A stretch of DNA of 64,000 nt from Bugula neritina. Lineage: Eukaryota; Animalia; Bryozoa. The stretch spans positions 26,254,343-26,318,342 of the forward strand of contig OZ037766.1 in NCBI GenBank assembly GCA_964035545.1, written 5' to 3'. The position numbers were made by a program, and so were the translations under genes. The notes beneath the pieces were generated by a model. The model was given only the letters and a program-made list of their open reading frames with translations, was not told the origin of the DNA and made no database searches. Shown here in pieces: positions 25,691-37,009 of the stretch (the first letter of the stretch is position 1; each line of letters starts with the position of its first letter).

Positions 25691-28600
25691 CTAGTCCCTC
25701 AGTTTCCCTGCTACCTTATAGTTTTTGTAGGAAAGGGCTACTTTCCTTACTACGCCATCCTTGCTCGGATATACTTGATGTACTCGAGCTAGTTTATACT
25801 GATTACGCAGCTGACTTGGATCCATAACAACTACAACATCTCCCACCTGAAAGTTCCGTCTTGGGGTATGCCACTTTTGGTGATGAATCAGTGTGGGTGC
25901 ATACAATTCGGTCCACTTCCGCCAGAAGTCATCTGAGACCGTATTTACCAGAGCCAGTCGCCCGCCACGAATGTTGACAAATCGAGTTAATGCCAACAGG
26001 AAAGAATCACTGTCATATCCGAAAACTGCTTCGATGTGTGCTGCTCGTAAACTGATGTCTGTGAACATTCCTCCATAAGCTTTGCTCGAAGTTCTAGTCT
26101 GTTTTTCTCCTCTCACAATATTTGGACCAAAAAGATCTATCATTACATTGTTGAACGGCGGTCCGGTCGTTAGTCGTTCTGTAGGTAGACTTCCCATCAG
26201 TTGATCAGTAAAGCGAGGTTGTTTGAGTCGACACATTTGGCATGATGTTACTATGCCCCTAGCAACCTTAGATCCCTGCATAGTCCAAAACTCTTCTCGG
26301 AATCTTGCGAGTGTTGCATCTCGGCCATGGTGATAGCTGTCTGTATGTGCCTGCCGCATTGCCAAGTAGGTAAAGTAGTGAGTGGTGGGAAGGATTGATT
26401 GCGTGTGCGTTTTAATCGCTGTCATGGGGTTATGCCTTAGGAGTCTACTGCCTACTATCCATAATCCACTCTCTGTCTTGATGGGGTGAAGTCTTGTATA
26501 TTTCCCTTTAATCTTGTTCAACTCGGAATCTATAGTATGTTGTACCTGCTTCAGTAAGTAGAGTTTGGTCTGCCGTAGATCTTCCACGGTGATGAGATCA
26601 GATCGGATTCCCTTAAAACTTTTGTACTTGAAGATGTTGCGAACTCGAGCTATTGTCCATGTTAGACTCTTGAGACTGCTGAAATTTTCATATTTAACAA
26701 ATGATTGGACTTCTGTTGAAGCAGTGACGGTGTAAACTATTTTCTTCTCTCCAAAGACAAGCTCATTCGAGTCAGATGGCGATTTTATATCCCACTGATC
26801 CTCAGGCAGATAGAGAAAATTTGGGCCTCTCCACCATTCACTCGCAGGTCCAATGTCATTGACAGGCTTCCCTCTTGTAAGCCAATCTGCTGTGTTTTCC
26901 TTGCCACTTACCCAGTGCCAGCAGCTCATATCTCCATTGGTTGCTCCCTGAATTTCTCCAACGCGTACACCCTCGTAAACATGAAACCTTGTTGACTTCT
27001 TTTGGAGCATCTTGAGCACTGTTTCAGAATCTATAAGCTGATAAACTTTCTCAAACTTATAGCGCATTTCAGTCTCGATAACTCGTCTGCCTCTCTTTGA
27101 CAATACGGCCGCATTGAGTTCTAGTTGAGGAATCTTTAGTTGTTGTTTCATGGGTGCTATACGACATTTAGCTAAAATCAATGCACACCAGTATGTTCCA
27201 TCCTGCCTTTTCCATCGCACATATGCACTGAATCCATAGGCTATTGCGCTGGCGTCAGAGAATATCACTAGGATAGGTAATCCCACAGCATCCTTAGGAC
27301 GCAGACATCTAGGATATTGATGCTCAGTAAGGGAGAAGATATCTCTAAAGACTTGTATCCATTTCCTGCTCATCTCTGTAGGCAGTTGATCATCCCACTC
27401 AAGTTTTTGTTCCCATGTGTCTCTCAGCAGAAGTTTTGCCTTCAAAGTAAATGGTGAGAGAATGCCAAGTGGGTCGTAGATTTTCATTGTCTGCTCTAAT
27501 ACCATCCTTCGGGTGAGTATGTCTGGAATTGATTCGGGTATTTGGGCTATGGTTAAATCTGGCTGTGTGTAAGCTCCTTTCTTTTTGACAGAAAAATTTA
27601 TTCTAGCCGGGAATGAGAGAACATCTGTTTGGGGCATCCATTTAACACCAAGTACATGGGTGTTGTAGTCTTCATATTGATTTTCAGCATCTGTACTGTT
27701 GTTATTATCCCCACTGAAGAGCCAACCTTTAACTTTGAATCCGCATCTCTTCAGTACAGAGTCGGTATCTGCCGCTACCTGCAGGGCATCATCCTTGAGT
27801 GGAAAAGAGTCCACTATATCATCTACATATGTTGACCTCTTCAAAAGTTTTGCTACTCTTGGAAAATCCTTGTGAAACAGATCTGCTGTTTTGTAAAGAG
27901 CCTCTGTACTAATTGCTGCAGCAGGTCGATCCCCCATATTGACCCTCAGAATAGTATAGACATCTGGCTTTCTGTCTTCCATATTCCGCCACAAGAAACG
28001 ATGAGTGTGTTGCTCAATCTCCCTTATAAATATTGAATTGTACATCTTCTTAATGTCAGCTACTAGTGCTACAGGTTCCTCTCGCCAGCGAAGCAAAATG
28101 CCTAACAAATCATTGAGATAGGAATCTGGACCTTTGGCTAAACAAGAATTCAAGGATGTTCCTTTGTATGTTTGGCTGGAATTGAACACTATTCGCACTG
28201 GTGTTGATGTTGATTTGGGATTCTGAACGGCTAAATGGCTGAGATAGTAAATAGGTCCATTCCAACTTCTCAGCTCCTCCTCATCCAGTTTATGAGCTAC
28301 TCCGCGATCCACCATGTCTTCGATCTGGTTATTGTATCTCTTGCTCCATTCAGGGTCCTTTCGGAGAGTTCGTTCAGTGTTGCGTAAAGTGGACAATGCG
28401 GCTTGGTAGTTATTTGGTAGAGTAGAAGGATCCCTTATCCATGGATAGGCTGTAATCCACCTTTCGTTGCTCTCATCATATTCTAGGTTAGAACGTATCA
28501 TCTGAAGTTCTTGCTCCTCTTTGAATGAATAGGTATGTCCCACTACTGGACATTTTCCACATTGGCAAGCTCCACATTGTGGCTGAATTTCTATGCCCAA

Positions 28601-31321
28601 CTCCTCACCCTGAATAAATCTTTCAAGAGAACTACTTTTCGTCTTGGTGAGATAAGAATGAATTTTCTTATTAAATTCCCAATGAGGCTCGAGACGCTCA
28701 TCCAACTTCGCATGCATCATGGTAGCCTGTACATGGAAAGATGAGGATGGAAGTGTAGAAATGTTGCTAAGGGCAGGGTGTGATCCCTGCACACACAGTC
28801 CAAAGGGTCCGGAATATACATAGAGGTGCGGTCCTGCTTGATCAACTTGGTGTCTTGGATGCAATCCAAGAAGATCGTTACCCATTAGCAGGTCGATAGG
28901 TCCCGTCTTCTTCAATAGCTTGCTAGTGTCTACTTTTGGGAACAGAGATCCGAGGATGTTTGCATCAAGTGGCTTGTTGATAGCCCCTGTGAGTTTCCGA
29001 AGACTGTAAGCTAAAATCGTAAAGGTCTTTCCCTTTGGAGTTTGTAACTTTACTTCGTAAATAGTAGAAGTTTCGCTAACTTCATGTTCACCAAGTGTGT
29101 TCATTTCTAAATTCACCTTATCTATTTGTCGCGCACCCCACGCTTTAGCGGCTCTCTCCGATATGAATGAAGCATTGGATCCGCCGTCAAAGAATATAAT
29201 AGCTGTATGAGATGTACCCACTACTTGGGCCTGCTGAATGGCAAATACTGTAGCATTTCCTGGATGATTGTGCGCTCCATGATTGGGAGACACACGGACC
29301 GTGGTGCTAACAGCAGACGCTTCAGAATTCTCGTTACTCTTGTGCTTAATTTGATCAGCCTTTACTTTATTCTTGTTGGTATTACAATTGGTATGTGTAT
29401 TAGTTTCAGCTGATTTGATGCACAATAATACATGGTGGGTTGTTTTATCACAGACTGAACAAAGGGTTCGGAAATTTGGACAGCGCTTAGGCTCATGGGC
29501 ACCCAAGCACCTAACACATAGAGAATTAGTTTTTATTAACTTGTATCTTTCATCTACAGACAACGCCAAGAAATTTCTGCACTCAACAAGACAATGGCGC
29601 TCACTGCGATGAATAAAACAGTAATTCTCACTATCAATGATTTTGCTATTATTAGTAGACCTGTTACTACTAGACTTTGGGCCACTACTTTCAGCGTGGA
29701 ACGCTTTCACCTTCTGTTTATGCATACTGGAGGACTGCGGGTTTACGGTTTCTGTGCGTCTGAGGGCTATCTGCCGTTCCTGCTCTAGAAACCTCATAAG
29801 GTGTGGGAATGGCTTGATTCTCTCCTCGTGAGTAAGTGAGTGAAAGTGTCTATCCCAGTCCCGTCTAATGCTTGTAGGTAATAGGTTTGCAAGAGTATCG
29901 ACTTGTGGCAGCGTAACAGTTTGCAAAAGTCCCACTTCACCGAGTTGGCTGTACGAGCTTTCCACTGCATTGGCCATTTTGACGAGTTCTCGTGCATCTC
30001 CTTCCTTTACTGGCTTTAGTTCTTGTAGATTGTTGAAGACTGCTTGCACACTCATGCTAGGATCATTGTAGACCTCTTCTAATCTACACATCATTCTCTC
30101 GTAAGCTTGAGGCTGAGTTGCGAAGATTGGCTGAACCATCTCCAGAGCTTCGCCTGTGAGAAATTTTTTTAATTCACAAGCCCTATCGACATCATCGTAA
30201 AACATAGTGGCATATCTTAGCCATACTGACCTAAATTCCGGCCAATGGTATCTGGTGCCGTTAAATGGCTTGGGTTGTGAATGAGTTTTATGTATAGATG
30301 AATTGAAGTTATTTCCACCTGTATGTCTAGAGTCATAACTTATTTGACTAGTTCCATTAGGGTAGCTATCATATGCATTGACAACCGAGGAAGTTGCACC
30401 GCGAATTAAAGATTCAGAATGAGCTGCACGATCAGGACTACCATGTAGATCACGTACTGAGAATGTAGAAGAACGAACATCTCTGACATTGGTACTTGCT
30501 ATGACACCTGGATTTGACGCCAAAGCTTCACCCGATGTGTGATCTTCCCGTAGTACCTGCCTATCACTACCACTTGCTGTGATACCTGGATTTGGTGCAA
30601 GAGTAGCCTCATGTGTGCTAGGGTGTGATCTAGGAGGAAACAACCGACTCGACGCGACCATAGTCGGTGCATGACTCGCGCCGTCTGGAGGTGAACCCCC
30701 ACTCATACCGCTTTCCGCGAGACCGGACCGGACTACGGACGGATCAGATTCACGGTGTTCGAAATTCATGTTCTGTGACTGAGCCTTTGACATAAGAGTA
30801 AACTTAGACATACAATAATCTAAAGATAAAATAACTTCATCTAGTTCTAATAATAAATCAGAAAAACCTATGGTATCTGCCAAACTTTCTGAAAGAGCTA
30901 CACATTTCCTATGATGTTCAGTGATAAGAGTATTGTCAGTACAATCAGTGACTAATCCATTGGCTTTCTTAATCGCTAAAATAAGGCTGTGCTTGATTTT
31001 ATAGAATTTGCTATGCCAAGTATTACAGTCAGAAATAGCTTTGTCATAACTAGCCTTTACAGTTTGATAGTACTCTACTGGACTCATCTTATTAACATAA
31101 GCAATGTCTTCCATAGACTCATCTGATGAAACGTATTCCAAAAAGTCATAATGGATAGTTAGAAACTCTTGATATGTAGATTCAAGCTGAGATCGCAGGC
31201 ATTCCACTTGTGTAGAGTTGCTACTAGAGATTGCTGATTCTATGAGATTAGTTAGCATTGTTACCTTAGACCTCAGAGTAGTACGTTGCTTCTTGAGATT
31301 AACTATGTCCTGTCGGTCCAT
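25691..31321 (-). CDS. BEL/Pao gag-pol polyprotein (Gag with 3 Zn knuckles, aspartic protease, RT, RNase H, internally deleted integrase)
   Basis: CVRCLGAHEPKRC and CSVCDKTTHHVLLC knuckles; FFDGGSN protease; YVDD RT; FSDAS RNase H; HHCC integrase N-terminus; FWRKW C-terminal BEL domain. First ATG at 31321. Confidence 0.95.
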   Translation of the reverse strand: MDRQDIVNLKKQRTTLRSKVTMLTNLIESAISSSNSTQVECLRSQLESTYQEFLTIHYDFLEYVSSDESMEDIAYVNKMSPVEYYQTVKASYDKAISDCNTWHSKFYKIKHSLILAIKKANGLVTDCTDNTLITEHHRKCVALSESLADTIGFSDLLLELDEVILSLDYCMSKFTLMSKAQSQNMNFEHRESDPSVVRSGLAESGMSGGSPPDGASHAPTMVASSRLFPPRSHPSTHEATLAPNPGITASGSDRQVLREDHTSGEALASNPGVIASTNVRDVRSSTFSVRDLHGSPDRAAHSESLIRGATSSVVNAYDSYPNGTSQISYDSRHTGGNNFNSSIHKTHSQPKPFNGTRYHWPEFRSVWLRYATMFYDDVDRACELKKFLTGEALEMVQPIFATQPQAYERMMCRLEEVYNDPSMSVQAVFNNLQELKPVKEGDARELVKMANAVESSYSQLGEVGLLQTVTLPQVDTLANLLPTSIRRDWDRHFHSLTHEERIKPFPHLMRFLEQERQIALRRTETVNPQSSSMHKQKVKAFHAESSGPKSSSNRSTNNSKIIDSENYCFIHRSERHCLVECRNFLALSVDERYKLIKTNSLCVRCLGAHEPKRCPNFRTLCSVCDKTTHHVLLCIKSAETNTHTNCNTNKNKVKADQIKHKSNENSEASAVSTTVRVSPNHGAHNHPGNATVFAIQQAQVVGTSHTAIIFFDGGSNASFISERAAKAWGARQIDKVNLEMNTLGEHEVSETSTIYEVKLQTPKGKTFTILAYSLRKLTGAINKPLDANILGSLFPKVDTSKLLKKTGPIDLLMGNDLLGLHPRHQVDQAGPHLYVYSGPFGLCVQGSHPALSNISTLPSSSFHVQATMMHAKLDERLEPHWEFNKKIHSYLTKTKSSSLERFIQGEELGIEIQPQCGACQCGKCPVVGHTYSFKEEQELQMIRSNLEYDESNERWITAYPWIRDPSTLPNNYQAALSTLRNTERTLRKDPEWSKRYNNQIEDMVDRGVAHKLDEEELRSWNGPIYYLSHLAVQNPKSTSTPVRIVFNSSQTYKGTSLNSCLAKGPDSYLNDLLGILLRWREEPVALVADIKKMYNSIFIREIEQHTHRFLWRNMEDRKPDVYTILRVNMGDRPAAAISTEALYKTADLFHKDFPRVAKLLKRSTYVDDIVDSFPLKDDALQVAADTDSVLKRCGFKVKGWLFSGDNNNSTDAENQYEDYNTHVLGVKWMPQTDVLSFPARINFSVKKKGAYTQPDLTIAQIPESIPDILTRRMVLEQTMKIYDPLGILSPFTLKAKLLLRDTWEQKLEWDDQLPTEMSRKWIQVFRDIFSLTEHQYPRCLRPKDAVGLPILVIFSDASAIAYGFSAYVRWKRQDGTYWCALILAKCRIAPMKQQLKIPQLELNAAVLSKRGRRVIETEMRYKFEKVYQLIDSETVLKMLQKKSTRFHVYEGVRVGEIQGATNGDMSCWHWVSGKENTADWLTRGKPVNDIGPASEWWRGPNFLYLPEDQWDIKSPSDSNELVFGEKKIVYTVTASTEVQSFVKYENFSSLKSLTWTIARVRNIFKYKSFKGIRSDLITVEDLRQTKLYLLKQVQHTIDSELNKIKGKYTRLHPIKTESGLWIVGSRLLRHNPMTAIKTHTQSILPTTHYFTYLAMRQAHTDSYHHGRDATLARFREEFWTMQGSKVARGIVTSCQMCRLKQPRFTDQLMGSLPTERLTTGPPFNNVMIDLFGPNIVRGEKQTRTSSKAYGGMFTDISLRAAHIEAVFGYDSDSFLLALTRFVNIRGGRLALVNTVSDDFWRKWTELYAPTLIHHQKWHTPRRNFQVGDVVVVMDPSQLRNQYKLARVHQVYPSKDGVVRKVALSYKNYKVAGKLRD

Positions 31322-31344
31322 GTCAGCCTCAGCAATATTGGTAC

Positions 31345-31795
31345 TGTATCGGTTTGTGTTTGTGTCTGGTTGCAAGATATGCTTTAACTACTAGCCAACT
31401 TGGCAACAGGTTTTCGAGTTTATTAACTGTCAAATCGTACCCTATAAAATGGGAAACATTAGAAATTGTATAAATAAGTAGTCACAATATAAATCAAAAT
31501 TCAGAGGAACACTATGAATATTACAGAACCAAAAAATTGACATGAACTATTGTAATTCTAATAAACTTACAATATTGATGCGTGGATAAAAATCTTAGCC
31601 ATCACAATACCGAAACCGATAGTTTGTCCATACAAAGTGTGTAAATATGGCGGTTTGATCATGATACACTGACTCATGCAGTACAGTGAATGAACTAGCT
31701 CTGCCAGCTAATAGTAGCTTTGGTGAAAGCTTTTGAAGCTTGAAAGCTTTAATGATTGGCTGCCTGCCAATACTTCTGGGTGGCATACCAATACA
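31345..31795 (-). repeat. 5' LTR (451 bp)
   Basis: Direct repeat of 24939-25389. Confidence 0.96.
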
Positions 31796-32924
31796 ATATT
31801 TAACTTCATTACTTTAAACGAAGCAGATCACCCCATATATCTAGCACCGGAAAGCTAACTAATATTCCAACTTATTAAAATATGTTGCCGTATTTCCTTT
31901 TTATCTCAAAACCATTTAAGGAAGCCTGGTGATCGTTAATTTTTTAAAATAACATTCAAATGATGCTAAGATATGTTTAAGAAAACATCTACCGTAGGAT
32001 AAAATATCACAAGGTACATTTTAAGAGGCATCATAGAACTATTAACTTGCTCTTCATGTGGTTTTCTCAAACATGCGTGTGAAGTTTTCTGCCTATTTAT
32101 GAGTACCTATGGCAGCAGCTGCATATTTTATCCAAACATCAAAATGACAACCAAAACCGTAGATTAATCAAAAATATAAATGCTTCAATTTTGATTGTTG
32201 GCTACTTCGAGCAGTTAAAACAATTTATTTTATTTATAAATTTATAGTGTACTACAGCTACTTATAAACAAGAATGAAAGAATAAAGTTTATAAACTTAT
32301 AACGGAAAAATTGTGCTGCTTTCCTGAAACAAAAAACTGCAATAAACAATAACATAATAGAGTATTTCTGCAGAGAAACGTGAGTTTATTTTAAATCAAA
32401 ACTATTATAATAGTTACCTACAAAACTTAGCATGTTCAAAATAAAACCATCTTGCTATATGAGTCATTATAAAACAAAAATTTGAATTGCCTAAAAGCTT
32501 TACAAAAGTGTATGACAGTAAAGAAGTTTTTAAACAGCCTTTTAATCTTGTCAAGAGTTGATCACCTTCAGAGATAAGCCATGTACCAGTGTGTGTTAGT
32601 AAACTAGCTACAATTAGTGTGTGTAGCATGAACAATTTGAAAAACAGCTCTCAAAAATTTTAAAAATAAAAATGACCTATTTTAAGTATAACTCACAACT
32701 GAGTTATTTACGTTAATGTTTATATTGAGTGACAAATGATATCAATACACAATCATGATAATGTCAAAAACAAAATATGTGACATGCTTATTGTATACCC
32801 TTATAATCATAATGATAAATAAAAGGTACTTTGAGACAATCTTTTACTGCATTTTAATATTTTCAGTGATTTCTACCATAACCATATAGTGTATCATAAT
32901 TATTACTGATTGAACAGTGAGTCT

Positions 32925-33580
32925 GCAATAACTAATTATAGAAGCTATGAAACCCTGGCCCAGTAACACACAACACACAAAGATACATAGGCACACACAC
33001 AACACACAAAGATACATAGGCACACACACAATACACAAAGATACATAGGCACACACACAATACACAAACACACACACACAATACACAAAGATACACAAGC
33101 ACACACACAATACACAAACACACACACAACACACAAAGATACATAGGCACACACACAATACACAAACACACACACACACACACACAATACACAAAGATAC
33201 ACAAGCACACACACAATACACAAACACACACACAATACACAAACACGCACACAATACACAAAGATACATAGGCACCCACACATAGCTAAACTTAATGCCT
33301 GCATTATTTACTAAGGCCACATGTACTGTAGCTGGGCAGCAGGGTATAATCTTCAAGCTTTGTTGATACAAAAGATTCTAGAGAGTTCTTCTTGTAGACA
33401 TTTCAGGCAGCTGTTTAATATGATTATGCTGTTTGTTCAGTAGTGACTGCTAATGATTGGGTATTGGAAATTAGAAATGGAAAATCCCACAAGTCTTGGA
33501 ATTCCAATACCAGTATGCATTCTATTACAAGCATAGTTATCAGCCCTCAGAAATATCATCATAATAATCATATATAACAT
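32925..33580 (-). promoter_or_regulatory. Duplicated block, copy 1: cluster-like promoter with kB sites plus compound CA-rich repeat (32966-33280)
   Basis: GGCAGCTGTTTAATA resembles GGCAGCTGCTTTTATA of A and B; GGAAAATCCC 33479; GGAATTCC 33498. Confidence 0.5.
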
Positions 33581-34249
33581 AATATGTTAACGGTGGCAGA
33601 AGTAGTACCTTGTAATATCATTTAAAATATAAACCAAGGGTACACAAGCAATGAAAATATTAGTGTAATTTTTACCTCAGTCACCTGGCAACATTAATTT
33701 TGAAATTTATAGTTAATTTTTCGAAATTTGAAGTTAAGACAGGATCATCTAAAATTGTCTGTAACTTTAACTGAGCCAAAGTGCTTTGTAATGAGATAAA
33801 ATGTTATTGTTATATATTATAATTTCTAGCCATATATAAAGCATGAAAAATGATAAGTAGTGGTAAATAGTTTGATATCACACAAAGTCCACATATTTCA
33901 TACAGTCAAATATGGTAAAATCTAAGAAATTGAACAAGCTGTGTTATGTTTGAGACTCTATTCTAGCATATACTTGTTGGAGTTGAAAACTGAAAAATGC
34001 ATAGTCCAAAATGTTTATTTAAAAAGGAAATTACATGTATTCACAAGAGTCAATTGAGTATTGAATCTGCAAGAGGTAGCTGGTGCAGTAATGGAGAAAT
34101 TGAGAAAAGCCTGTGTTCTAGATTAGAAATGCAGCATAAGAAGTTATGATCTCGCGAGAATTTGAACCTACGCCACAAACCAAAATTCAATAATAAAATT
34201 AAATAACTTAGGCTATCTCAATTTCTCCACTACTACTTCTAAATAATCT

Positions 34250-35035
<786 letters not shown>

Positions 35036-37009
35036 AGTTCACGATGGTTCCAATTATCAATTACAACATTACTTGAAACTTAAACAAAGGCTTTCTACAA
35101 GCTATGAAACAATAGTGTAACTTTCCGCTTCAGCTACCTAAATACACGAACTGCCCACATTAATCAAAGTTTATCATTGGCCAACAGCTTAAAATCAAAA
35201 TAACTACTACCTTACTACCGGCTTTATGGTCTAAGTAAAAATAAATAAACAGAAATGAAACTCTAAATCTTTATTTTTTCATTGTTGACTTTGTACCATA
35301 ATATGTTTTCAAATTCTTTTAAGCAAGATTCAATCCCTGAGTCTGCTCAACTTTTCACCTTTCTTCAACAAAGTTATTGTATTATTCATTGCACTGACTA
35401 ATGCCTAAAGGGAACATATCAACAGCTTGACATTTCCACATTATAATCTTGTTGTAAGCTTATTCTCATCAAGCCAAGGCCTAGAAACCTAAAGGAACAA
35501 TAAGGTTATTATTTATTATTAATCCCTTTTTGTTTTCAAACATTCCTTTTGTATATGAATGCTTTGTACAAAGATATTAGTAAGTAAGTAAGTAAGACTT
35601 ACTCAGTTGCTTAAATTAAAATTCTACATGTATACAATTAAATTAATCAATAGAAAGCCATTTGATCAGATAAATTCTTTAAGTTTACGTTTGATTAGGG
35701 CGTTGTTGTTACACAGCAGTTAAGATGAAAGGCTATGTAAAGCTTTCAGATAAACAGCTAGTACTTTATCTACATACTGTTATTTGTTAAGGACTATCTC
35801 TTTACTCAACCTACATGAACATATTCTGCACGTGCTCAATAAAACTTATTCACATAATACTACACTTTATACATGATTAGCTTCATTCTTAGATTCATTC
35901 CAGCATCTTCCATTTCCAATTGGAAGTTGGAAATTCCAAGCTACTGGCTCTCAGCTGGCGTCGTGGTAACCATAGACAAGCTGTCATTTGATATCAATAC
36001 CCTCATCAGTTACCATAATAGTATAAATAGCACATTGTTTTGCAATTTACAACATCATGATTCTATTTACATCTATTTAGCTTTCAAGACAAACTTGCCT
36101 GCTAGCAAGTCTATATAACAGCATTTTCTTTTCAGCAACAGACTGGAACTAGAATTTGTTTTGTTCTGATTTTTGTTCTCTACTAAAATCATTTTATGTG
36201 TAATCATATTTATGATTAGCATTGCCTCCAAGAATTTGTATAGATTTTAGGATTGAAATATAATGTACTGCATTGTCACAGATGTTTATTTGCTCATATC
36301 TGTTGTTATCTTTCAACTCACAACTTATCAACTGTGTGATGGGTAGAAATACATTGTTTGACAATCCAATCGATGACTAAGCCAAAATAACAAATAAAGA
36401 GGCAAACTTAGCTGTAAAGTAAAGAAATTGAAAAATATTTTTTGTGTTCAAAACAACATTATGAGGCACTTTTAATAGTTTTAATATTCTATTTCTTAGT
36501 TTATCAACAATTGAAAAACAATTTCATACAGAAAGTAAAAAAAACAATACTCTATGAATATAATATGTCAGAGGTTAGAAGTAAAGTAGCACAAAAACAT
36601 ATCTATAAAATAGTTGCACACTAGATAAGCTAGGAAAACCACAATGGATTTCTATTGTATAAAATCACAGGAATAAGGAAAGAAGTAGAGTGGACATCTA
36701 CCACAGGGAATTCAGCTATGCTTTGTAAGTAAACAAGTAGATCTACTGAAGACCTGAACATCAACTGTAAGCACTACCAACAGCTTAGTTTAAGCTACAT
36801 AACTTGCATCAACGCAGCTGAGAATCCTGGGTAATATTTTACATAAATGGAAAATAAAATTTCCATCATCAGTTTGCAATATAAACTATCCAATACAGTG
36901 TAAGTCAACAATAAACTAATCTAAAAATAGGTATAACAGAGGTAATTATATGGACGGCTGCTAGATGAAAAAGAGGCTGTGTATGGTACAGACTGAGGGA
37001 CAGCAGAAT

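Larger units (their letters stand above)
24939..31795 (-). mobile_element. BEL/Pao LTR retrotransposon, recently inserted, integrase-defective
   Basis: 451-bp direct repeats with TGTAT...ATACA ends; 5-bp TSD ATATT (24934-24938 and 31796-31800); single gag-pol ORF. Confidence 0.97.

Noticed and set aside
35430-35610. Candidate orphan exon VSRPWLDENKLTTRL* with a nearby donor on the - strand
   Set aside because: Too short, no link to a start codon or to STXBP4 (which ends at 37010), and no similarity to the cluster genes.
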